Positions 25,601 through 35,000 of a DNA stretch of 64,000 nt are shown piece by piece. This stretch comes from Botryllus schlosseri (Eukaryota): contig CM119377.1 of NCBI GenBank assembly GCA_051294905.1, forward strand, positions 4,340,001 to 4,404,000. The letters run 5' to 3'. Under the pieces are notes generated by a model. The model saw only the letters and a program-made list of their open reading frames with translations. It did no database searches and was not told where the DNA came from. Position 1 is the first letter of the stretch; each line of letters starts with the position of its first letter. Made by a program: the position numbers and the translations under genes.

Positions 25601-28600
25601 ATATGTTATTAGATAAATACAAATTCTACAAAAATATCATGATCATCAATTTAATATTATTTTGAAATATGAGCTGCACATGATACCTGACAACCCTTTT
25701 CAGCGAATAAGGAATCGATATTGGAGCTAGCGAGACACTGTACTATAGGTGAAAGACTATCTCCTCGTAAGCTTGATCCTATGGGTAGCACTAAGCCCTT
25801 TTCTAAGCGTCTCAGTCTTTGCAGTGTCTGGGCCGTTGTACGTCATGGCAATATACCCAATTTCCCATGCCCATTCAGATCAGCTGATTCTCCCTCGATG
25901 GAAAGCTGTAGACACAACATCGCCAAAGCCGTTTCAGCTAGTGAGGAGTAGTGATGTTAGGCGAAAGATGATAGCTTATTTTGAAACAGCAACAACAATA
26001 TTTTGAAACTGGAATTAATTTCAGCAGTTTAGAATGCTTTACTTAGCGTTCTTCTGAAATCTGAAATCAGGTCGCGGGCCGCGGAATATGACCTCGCGGG
26101 CCGCGTGTTGGTGACCCCTGCTCTCGGCTATACTGATCATTCTAAGGTTTTAACGTCGATTTACAGGATGAACTCGAGGTCTTATTTACCCTCGCCGATA
26201 CCAGCAAGCCAGACATAGCCAAGGTCATGTCATTCTTCCACGTAGAGCGGAACAATTTGCCGTGCAATCGCATCGGCAAAGCGGACAAGTTCCACTCGCG
26301 ATTCGTACCGAACAGACGGGATTTCTCGAGACAGGGTTTTGTGGACTTTACGAACGATGTCATGAAAGGGATGGTTCCGGTAAAATGCAATTCTTTGACT
26401 CACTTTGTATATACGTTGTATTTTAGTAGTCACAATATGACTGTAGCGCGTCGTTATAGAATATTTTGATTCTTTCCAATCTACACTGCTCAGAGTTCAT
26501 GGACAAGTTTTATCAGTAGAAGAAGGATTTGTAATTCTCTGTTGATGACGATTGATGATAGTGGGACATTACGAATATCGCGTTTTATGCGTGATGATGT
26601 CGTGAGACGAAACACCATAACCATGACCAAATTCTGTCATGTCTTTCAGCGTAATCATAAAAAATGAGACGGTACAAAATGACTGTGTGACATCGAAATA
26701 ATGCGAACCTTTATTGCAATTCTGTGCAATTCGCAGATTACTTGACAAAAAAGGGGTCAATACTGTTCTCAATTTTACTGTCTATGAGATTCATTTGCTA
26801 TTTCACTCGTAAAAAGACTTAACGCAATACCTATAAAAGGTATGTTATCTCAAGAAATTCCAATGATTGCCAGTACGAGGTCGACGTAGAATATTGTGAC
26901 TATCCATCAATCAAAGAGAGCCAGCGATGTTGCATATAGATACCACACTAAAATGCGGTCACACTGAAAACGAAATCCGTGCATTTGTAAAGATTTTCAA
27001 CATAGCGCCAGATGCTTATCATGTCACCGGCACTTTCAGTGAAAACTCATATTTCACAGCCAGAACAGTTATTGTGTATGTTGCCGTTTACCTTTACACC
27101 TCGATGACATATGCCTTCGTAAGGTGGTACAGTAAGCACACCAGATTTTGCTCTCAGATTGTTACATACCATTTATGCGACATCATTGAAAACGCACTTT
27201 ACTTCTATGCTTGATTATAAACTTCCAACTACCATTCCAACCCTCCGCTTATTTCAAGCGTACTATTCTGTCCGAACGACTCCCGGACGATTGGGACAAA
27301 TATCCCTTGAAGATACTGGTGGGCTCCAACTATGAACAAGTCACGAGACTGAAAGGAAAAGCCGTGTTTGTTGCGTACTGTGAGTATAGAAGGCGATACT
27401 TTGATAACTTTTGGAGCTGCAACGGCACTTTTTCAAAACGTTCGTGAACCTTTGTTTCGTTTGTGGATAGGTTGAAGTTAGCGTCAAAGCATTTTAACGA
27501 ACTCTGACTCCGACTAGAGAGGATGGTATAAAATTTTTGTGACTCCGACTCTGCAGCCTTGGCCATAGGTATTAGTAATATTACTATTACTATTACGGTA
27601 CTATATTTAAAACAAGTTGAGTGACGCTCATCACAACACTAGGTTTTTGGGTCCCACTTATACGATCACAAACAAGGGTAATCATATATTCGAAACATCT
27701 AAATTCTGAATCATTCAGTACTGTCTTATGTATTTTCGTTATTGTCTTACCACGGTAGAGGTAATACAATAATCGCAAGTTAATATATTCAACACGGCGA
27801 AGGATAGTTTGACTAAACTGCTTGGATATTCGGAAATTTTCGAAAACGCAATTCAAAGATGCTCTCAAAATTTTTCATCCCTGAAATCACCTTTTCACGA
27901 TAAGATGTAATTTTTCGTGTATAGACATCCCCGAGCACGCAGAGTGTGAAAGGTTACTGCCGGTCGTCGACGAACTCGCGATGAGATACAAGGACAACAA
28001 GACTGTCATCATTGCCGCTGTCGACGTGAGCAAGAATGACGTAGATATAGAAGTTCACACGGAATACCCGTCTTTCCGACTCTTCACTGCCGATAACAAG
28101 GTTCGTTTCTTCGGCATATCAAATGAAGTCGAAGTTCGTCGAAGTTTACTTCACCCCGGAGATAATTGGATGCGATTGTCAGCTTCGAACCTCGGATAGG
28201 ACATATGTTATCCCTACATATGGCGACACGTTGCTCTAAGTTGGCCAACCGAAACTACGAGCCCGAATTCTAAGACCCAGGTCACCAAATCTGTCTGCGA
28301 AGAATGGTTTTTGAACACTGGTGTTGAATTTTCCACTAAGAAGGGAATCAGTTCATTCTCTCTTTTAGATAAAAGCTCTCAGAGGTGAAAAATCTCTTAA
28401 CACCATGATGGCCTTCATCGATGCCAACGGAGCACCCAACTACATGGTGAGTGATCCAGGATACTTTTGTTTTGCAAATTTTCCAAATATCCCGACTGCC
28501 CCGCGAACGCATCTGGCCTTTTCCCGTTGTAGGACTTCGATTCGTATAGTCGCGGTAAAGGAGGCTACGAGTACGAAGAACAGGCTTACGGCACGTATGA

Positions 28601-31346
28601 AGATCCCTTCAAAATGAACTACGGAGCTGGCGATCAAAAGTGGGACAAATGGCGCGATTCCGATGGCAAGATGCAAGATGCCCTCAAAGATATCGAAGGT
28701 GCTCCATAGCTTGAGTGATTGCTCATTCTTCATTCAGAATTGCAGTCCGGACGCGGATGTGCTGTGCACATTGTGCATTCGTATGCCTAATTTTCCAGCA
28801 TGGATTTTAAGATAATGTAAACATGGTCAGTGTTATAGATTACTTGACCACGATCTGACATGTTGACTTCGCCTATCGTGACACGCCATGTCATCTCCCT
28901 CTCTTGTCCTGTTATGTTCTTGATCTTGTTTGAGCAATAACTCATACGACGAGGTTGTAGTATGAAATAATGTTATCAGCAGAATGACTTTGGGGCAGCG
29001 ACACGGCCCAGAGTGCAGTTCAACGAAAGACAATAGACAACAGAACACAGGGTATAAATACGATGCACGACACACGTGGAAATAATAATTGGCGGTAATT
29101 AATAATCCGAGAAAAATCAGAGATAAACGATACCAACGTAAAATGCAAAAACACAACATGTCCTTCTGCTGTTACTTTACATTAGGCGAGCATGCCTCTT
29201 ATTCGCATATTCTATAGGGCGGGCCAAGGTGCCTGATTGAAATACTACTCCCAGACGTTTCGACTCCTCACCGTCTATTCATTTTGCAACAATCTTGTGA
29301 TGGTTTAAACTGATGAAAATATAAATAAACGAATGAATGAATGATAATCATAATAGCAGAAATATCCATGAACAATGAACATATAATTGTAAACACTCAC
29401 ATAACCGGCGGATGCACAATGCACATATCTCTCCTAACATAGAATCTGGACATTGTTACATATTATCAGTGTTGGGATCAAGTCACTACCTTCGAGTCAC
29501 GAGTCATTTCGAGTCATTGCACATTTTGACTCGAGTCAAGTCAAGTCACTCGATTTTTGGAGGTGACTCGAGTCAAGTCGAGTCAAGTCAAGTCAAGTCA
29601 CGAGTCAAGTCACATTTCAAGTCAAGTAGCCTTTTCGAAGTATGAGGCATGATTACATCATTGCAATTTGCTAGCTGTCTGAAATACAGATTGAGTGGTC
29701 ATTGATTCCGAACCGATGAACGAATATAGAGTTAAATACGCTAGCAAGGAGACGCTGCATCGCTCACATATACGTAGAACTATTAAACTACGTAAGTAAT
29801 TGCATAGCCTACCAGCCAAAATAGAGAATAGAGAAACGAATTGATAAGATGCAATACATTACCCATTTACAAATAGATATGATACAATTCGAGCATGCGT
29901 TGAGGACAATATAAACTATATTCGAATTCAATTCAAATAAAACAAGAGGTTTGGTAAAGGTAACAGAACAGAAATAGACATTTTGCTATTTTATTATTTT
30001 ACTACTAGAGTGAACGACAGCGTAAGCTGTAAGCTTCGATCACTTCGCTTGCCGTCAATTTATTTATGAGAGAACAATCGCGGCTCGGTGAAACGCTCGA
30101 TCATTGAATGATTGGTCGCTTTCAAGGATTACACCAGCGTTACGCGAACAATACGAACATATGCAAGATACAGTGATTTTTAGCGACACCGATTACTTGA
30201 TGACTTAGGTGGCGAGATAGCGCAGTGGTATAATCCGCGGCTGCAACACCAATGGGTGCGGGTTCGAGTCCGACCGAGGTCGACTTCCGAATTCCGATAC
30301 CTAAGTGTTGGAGGTTTACCTAGGCTCCTCCTCGCCACCTCATCCGCGTCAGCGGTGTCTTACAAAAGCCTAGAGGTGGGCCGTGCTATAAGTCGGCAGT
30401 TACGGAAAATATGAAGAATATCGGCCTGGTGTAAATGACCATAGCAGTCGACAAACACCATGAATACCCCAAAACAAACAAAAAACAAACTTGATGACTC
30501 GTGAATTTTGCTCCGAGTCACGAGTCAATCCACATTTCTGATCCGCCGAGTCAAGTCAAGTCAAGTCATTTTAGCAAAGTGACTCGAGTCAAGTCAAGTC
30601 ATACGAAAAAAGTGACTCGAGTCTGACTCGAGTCAAGTCATGACTCGAGTCATCCCAACACTGCATATTATTATATTTATTTTTAACATCACGGATAACA
30701 TCCTACCAAGTCACACTACTTCGACTTTAACCCAACTCCAATTTTCAGTCTAATATTTTGAAATGATAGAACTCTTTGTATAACTGAATGAAACTGGTTA
30801 TGTCATAATGAAAGGAAGTTATCACGCTCTGTGCTTTGTCTTGAATGCAACTGGCTAGATCAGAAATCCTGTGATTTACATACACAATCAATCACGGATG
30901 CAATGTGTCACAATGTCCAGAATGTTCAGAACAATACGTATGTATGAAAATAAAGTCTCTCTCTCTCTCCCTCTCCCGTGTCTGAGTTATTGGTCGCGGT
31001 TCCGTGCATGCCTTCCTGGATTGTATATCGCGCTCCCCATAGCGACTCAATTTATACTACGCTTATAACCTACATACGGTCTGTATGAATTTATTAGTCC
31101 AAAATATATGTAACAACAGGCAGGGACCCGAGCGACAGCGCAGGAGACGCGGTGGACAAGACTTACCGGAACGTCGACGACGATTGGAATCTCGACTCGG
31201 CAAAGTACGCCGACTTCGACGAAACGCCGAGTTACAGCGACACCTCCCGGTCTTCGTATCAACGTTCTTCAAGCTCAAGCGGAAGCTCCAACTACCATCG
31301 CAGCTCCGGTAGCCGTTTCGACAATCGTTATCACGACGAACATTGA
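6282..31346 (+). CDS. Triple-module, redox-inactive protein disulfide isomerase-like ER protein (P4HB/PDILT family), predicted 1669 aa, 34 exons
   Basis: Exons: 6282-6441,6510-6707,6769-6899,6972-7127,7190-7303,7410-7538,8068-8283,8516-8636,9086-9261,9792-9869,9938-10076 | 10976-11068,11134-11331,11563-11693,11758-11913,12857-12970,13045-13173,13564-13779,14568-14688,14753-14928,14985-15062,18706-18862 | 19722-19835,20556-20753,20812-20942,21642-21794,22214-22330,22394-22522,26167-26379,27259-27379,27925-28100,28369-28446,28533-28698,31120-31346. All junctions are GT/AG and phase-compatible, total 5010 nt. PDI motifs include YELTDKNIE, LPMLKFYKNG, LPSDWD/NKYPLKILVGxNY, IATMDVSKND and FPSFKLF. 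PDI identity is high confidence; the single-transcript model is inferred. Confidence 0.8.
10372..10628. repeat. (AAC/AAT)n microsatellites, two blocks (10372-10505 imperfect, 10583-10628 near-pure)
   Basis: Visible trinucleotide runs in the intron between PDI modules 1 and 2. Confidence 0.95.
10976..18862 (+). CDS. PDI module 2 (a-b-b'-a' + acidic linker)
   Basis: Begins at a phase-1 acceptor (...TGCAG|ATCTA) with no signal peptide seen. a-site SRRS (11145-11156), a'-site VDEC (14764-14775). Internal exon lengths 198/131/156/114/129/216/121/176/78 are identical to module 1. Ends at a phase-1 donor. Confidence 0.9.
12390..12819. mobile_element. Partial hAT MITE, family B (right ~2/3)
   Basis: Ends AAAAGTCATTTTTGAAGAGCCCTA and is collinear with 45153-45814 and 47761-48421. 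The left TIR is missing. Confidence 0.85.
15516..17742. mobile_element. Non-autonomous hAT element (CAGTGGTTCTTAACC family) with nested inserts
   Basis: TIR CAGTGGTTCTTAACC / GGTTAAGAACCACTG. Perfect 8-bp TSD GTGTAAGC (15508-15515, 17743-17750). Subterminal CAGCGCCCC motifs. Confidence 0.92.
15656..16060. mobile_element. Foldback/Mutator-like element with arms of tandem ~16-bp CATTACCGAGAATGGA units
   Basis: Left arm repeats and right arm reverse-complement repeats (CATTCTCGGTAATG). Flanked by the duplicated CCCTAAAAACG (15645-15655, 16061-16071). Confidence 0.75.
18295..18481. mobile_element. Right-end fragment of a GACTCGAG-motif hAT MITE
   Basis: Ends GTGACTTGGCTACAACCCTG and is homologous to ~23170-23416 joined to 24752-24772. 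Confidence 0.65.
19339..19587. repeat. Duplicated ~70-bp unit (19339-19410, 19517-19587) around a hAT-like end (GGTTGAAGAGCCCTG, ~19434-19448)
   Basis: GTAATxCAAATCTGGTACGCCCCAGTACACCCC occurs twice, with repeated TACACCC subterminal motifs. Confidence 0.6.
19722..31346 (+). CDS. PDI module 3 (a-b-b'-a' + C-terminal tail ending HDEH*)
   Basis: Begins at a phase-1 acceptor. a-site SRAS (20567-20578), a'-site HAEC (27936-27947). The last exon 31120-31346 ends ...RFDNRYHDEH*; its donor at 28698 (GTGCTC) is weak but phase-consistent. Confidence 0.87.
20081..20350 (-). mobile_element. tRNA-derived SINE, young copy
   Basis: Near-identical reverse complement of 30207-30488, with a (CAAA)n tail at 20081-20096. 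Confidence 0.9.
22548..22846. mobile_element. Right half of a family A hAT MITE
   Basis: Collinear with ~1840-2150 and ends GTTATTTTTGAACAGCCCTA. Confidence 0.85.
23417..24751. mobile_element. hAT non-autonomous element (CAGAGATGGAAG family)
   Basis: TIR CAGAGATGGAAG / CTTCCATCTCTG. Perfect 8-bp TSD TTGTGACT (23409-23416, 24752-24759). TCGGGCCGGG subterminal repeats at both ends. Confidence 0.92.
23819..24350. mobile_element. Truncated CAGTGTTGGGAT-family MITE nested in 23417-24751
   Basis: Starts CAGTGTTGGGATCAAGTCAC and is collinear with 29467-~29900. No right TIR found. Confidence 0.8.
25420..26120. mobile_element. hAT (Charlie/Buster-like) MITE
   Basis: TIR CAGGGGTCGCCAAC / GTTGGTGACCCCTG with GCGGGCCGC subterminal motifs. 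Degenerate TSD CTCTACGC / CTCTCGGC (6/8). Confidence 0.8.
29467..30663. mobile_element. hAT MITE (CAGTGTTGGGAT family) carrying a SINE
   Basis: TIR CAGTGTTGGGAT / ATCCCAACACTG. Perfect 8-bp TSD CATATTAT (29459-29466, 30664-30671). GACTCGAGTCAAGTC subterminal arrays. Confidence 0.93.
30207..30488 (+). mobile_element. tRNA-derived SINE, full-length young copy
   Basis: Pol III A box TAGCGCAGTGG and B box GGTTCGAGTCC, (CAAA)n tail, and an ~11-bp TSD ACTTGATGACT (30195-30205, 30489-30499). Confidence 0.92.
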
Positions 31347-31379
31347 AGATACCTTCAAACGCCTACGTAATATCTGTCG

Positions 31380-31385
31380 TTTATT
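31380..31385 (-). terminator. Candidate polyadenylation signal of the Jagged-like gene
   Basis: TTTATT on the plus strand. It was the only minus-strand AATAAA I noticed between the Jagged stop (32072) and the PDI stop. Confidence 0.35.
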
Positions 31386-31464
31386 TAATCATTTCTTTTT
31401 TTAGCAATGTCGATGGTGATTTCAACGGGAAGGGTGTGCATTCTTATCTGTAAGCTAGAGATGC

Positions 31465-31470
31465 AATAAA
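31465..31470 (+). terminator. Candidate polyadenylation signal of the PDI-like gene
   Basis: First AATAAA noticed after the stop at 31346. Confidence 0.45.
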
Positions 31471-32071
31471 TGTTCCGACTATCTCTGTGGTTCGACATCA
31501 GTGTCACAAACGGAATACCAGACAATAACGAGAGACGTATGACTTTCTGGAGGGGAGTTTTCAATTCTGTTGACCGATTAGGAAGCCATTTTTTAGGAAA
31601 AGCATTTGTTTTGCAACACCACTTGTATATTTTTGCGTGAGCCGCAATGTTCAAATTTGCAATGATCTAACGTGTCTACACTGGCTCATGTACTCGATTT
31701 TGTGCAGCCCCACGCACGACATACCGCCCACTTTGCTAAATGCAATCACAGCCTGCTTATGTTCTCAATACATGTCGAAACTACGTGATTCTGTTCGGAA
31801 ATCAAGAAACCAACTCGGTTAAATAATAAATCTATTCCATCTTCATCGTACTGCAAGAGATCATAAGTTAAGCATGTACACAACGTGAAGATTGCGGGCA
31901 TATAAATACGAAAGAAAAATATAAAACAAATAGAATCTCGATTGTATATGAATGTCAAGTCATCATAAGCCTAATTGTAAATTGAAACAAGTCAGTTCAT
32001 ACAGCGTGCGAGATTGTTGGCTCGTGCATATTCGTTAGTAATGTTGACATTATGGAGAGATGTTCAGATCT

Positions 32072-35000
32072 TCATCTCTTCGAATTGTCACTATCGGAAA
32101 AATTTTGCGTTGATTTATCCGCCACGACAGACGATACATTGGTTGATGTGTCTTTACTCGTGAGTTCCATCCGAGAAATGTCCTTATTCTTTTCGGTATC
32201 CACGTAGAATACTAAACAGATATGATTGTGGAAAACGTAACTCAACATTAAAAACTTCATGTGGTATTCGCTAGCACACACACATTGCATACAAATACAT
32301 CAATCGAAAATCAATCTTTTGCAAGATGGGATCTTTCATATGATGCATATTAAATCCATTATATTGTTGGAGGAGAAAAACAAAACGCGCAGGTCGTGTG
32401 CTGAAACACGCAATGAATATATAGTGATCCCCATGTCCGGTGTTAAAATTTTACTGGAGAGATGACGGACAAATGAATTCTATTACGAAAATATTAATAC
32501 ATGAACCATGCCCATAATGGATACCACTGTATTAGTCAAAATACACAGAATTTAAGCTATACAAGACCGACTGTTGAAACCTTTATCGTGTTTTGCATGA
32601 CTTTGGCCGGGGATGACTTTTCACAGCACAATTACTTTGATTGCGACAACTTCAACATGTTTCCATCCGCCTTGTTTCAGTGTGATTGATCAGTGACGTC
32701 AAATACGTATCACAATAAAATGTAAATGTAAGTTACAGTTCAACTCACCTTCAGTGTGGTCTTCGAAAAACAGTGGATTAACCTTCCCGTTACTTTGTTT
32801 CGAATATTTTACGGAATCAACCTTTCGAAGAAGTAAATGATTGTCACTTGTTGAAATAAGGGACTGAACAGTTGATAACTATTTACCGGGAAGTTATTAT
32901 TCTCAGCTCGCGTCGCTACAGGTGATTGTGCCGTGGACGGCTTTCGTTTTTTCATCCACAGTAACAACCCGATTGCGAAGACGACGATGACAAATAGGGC
33001 CACGCAGCAGATCGAAATTATCAAAGTCGTTTTCGCAGAGCTTCCTGAGTTCGGCGTGCGCGCGCGATTGTTCGCATAGATAGCATAGCGACCGTCTGTC
33101 ACGTTGGCGATTGCTTCAAATATCGTGACTGTAGATTCATCTTCGATTTCTGCAAAGACAAGCAAATGATGATGCTTTGCTAAGCGCAAATCGAATGGTA
33201 TCCTCAAAAGACTATAGAGACCGGAATTATTAGGCATGGGAGATTAGGGAAGATTTGAGGCAAATAATATTCTCAGTTTGGGCATATATACCATATATAA
33301 CAAAAAGAATCCTCCACATACCCACACATATACACATAACACACACAAAAAAGAGAAAAAGAAAACCAAGTTATTTCATTCCTAGTTTTGCCTACAAAAC
33401 AACTGAGAAACTGTTAAGCAGAAGTGGAAATAATCTAAAATCATAATCACATGAGTAAGTGGTGTAAGTATGAGACAAAATCTACTAGAGTACTCCGATA
33501 AAGTAGAAGTATACTTCGTTATCCTGACCACCTCTGGATCTATTCTCTTCAATTCTCGAAAAATCGATCCGTTTATGGAAGACTATACTATCACTACTGA
33601 TGAAACCAAAGAAGCCATGAAATTATAATTTACAACGTTAAAAGCTTCGGACATCATTGCATGTTTTCAAGCTAGAATCTGGTATAGATAATAAATTAAT
33701 ACTTGGAACTTGGAAGAAATCTATGACAACCAAATTCATTACACGAAATTCCAGGTACGCTAGTGAAGCGAGTTGTATCACGACAGTTACGTGGATGCTT
33801 CACGCGGGTAAAACGCAGCTGTGCGGCTTACCGATACGGGCACGTTACCATAAATATACTTGAATTACCAAAATGTGTGGGTGGGAAATGAGAATGGGTG
33901 TCGGAATATACAATTATTACGAGGAAAATTGGGTTTAATGAAGCAGAGTTGTCTGAAATTAAGATGTACGATAAGCGGTATAAATTATTTCTATTAAGAG
34001 CTTACTTGTGAGATTATCCGTCGTTAGTAAGTCTTCCAAGTATTTCAGGAATTCTTCTCTCACTCGAAGCGAGTTTGATTTACGCCGTCCTTCCTGTTAC
34101 GATACGTTTTATATTAATTATGACCCCGGTAGGTAATTTTATAACACGGTCAAAGTATTGCGATGTCCTTACTAGAGATATCGATATCACTGATGTGCTG
34201 TCGGTCTGCGAGTGTAGAAAGCATTTGGCCACGATGTTGTGAACATTTTTCAACACTGGGATCTTTCTGACTCTATTGCATACTCCTTGAACTGTGGTCT
34301 CCTGGCGAAAAATCGAAATCATTAAATTTGTATTCATGCGCAATATCAACATGATATACCGATGGAAGTTCAGCTCGATTCAGGGTTATCCACACTCTGG
34401 CGCATGCCATATATTTCCCTTCCAACACCTCCGGACTGATATCTGGAAAATTCTCATTTCTAAACTCGTGATTTTGAAATTCACAAATTTCATTCAAGAT
34501 ATATGAATAGCATCGCAACATTTCCTCCATCACATTATTATCATTCAATATTTAATAGTGTTGGATCTAAGATTTCATAATGCATATGCGCAATATATAA
34601 CAAACGATTATTCGACACGTGTTTATCAAACCCAAATAGCAGTTGAGTACAGTTTATTACTAATATTATCATTTCAAAACGCCGATGAAATGAAAAGACA
34701 GGAAATATCGGAATGTACTGATACTGCGTCAGTTAGGATGCCAGTCTAACCACAGATGTTAATGCTGACGTAATCATTATTTGTATGCTATCTCAAATTT
34801 TGGAATTACGATGACATAATGAAGCGGTGACGAAACTTACGGTTTGGGCACAAAGGTATTATGTTAATTGGTAATGTAAAGGTATATATACAACATACTG
34901 TATAAGTTGACCATATATACGCTTACCTTCATCCGCACATTGCGAGTTATATTGACATGTGAACTGAGGCGGAGTTCGGCAATTAGCAGTCAGGCATTTT

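Noticed and set aside
30208-30285. Possible tRNA gene (also 20270-20350 and 15377-15450)
   Set aside because: A and B boxes are present, but I could not fold a proper cloverleaf. Each copy continues into a shared body and (CAAA)n tail with a TSD, so these are SINE heads.
32809-33237. Single 142-aa membrane protein ORF as listed in the track
   Set aside because: Its ends are intronic read-through. The central part is the Jagged juxtamembrane/TM exon 33149-32887.
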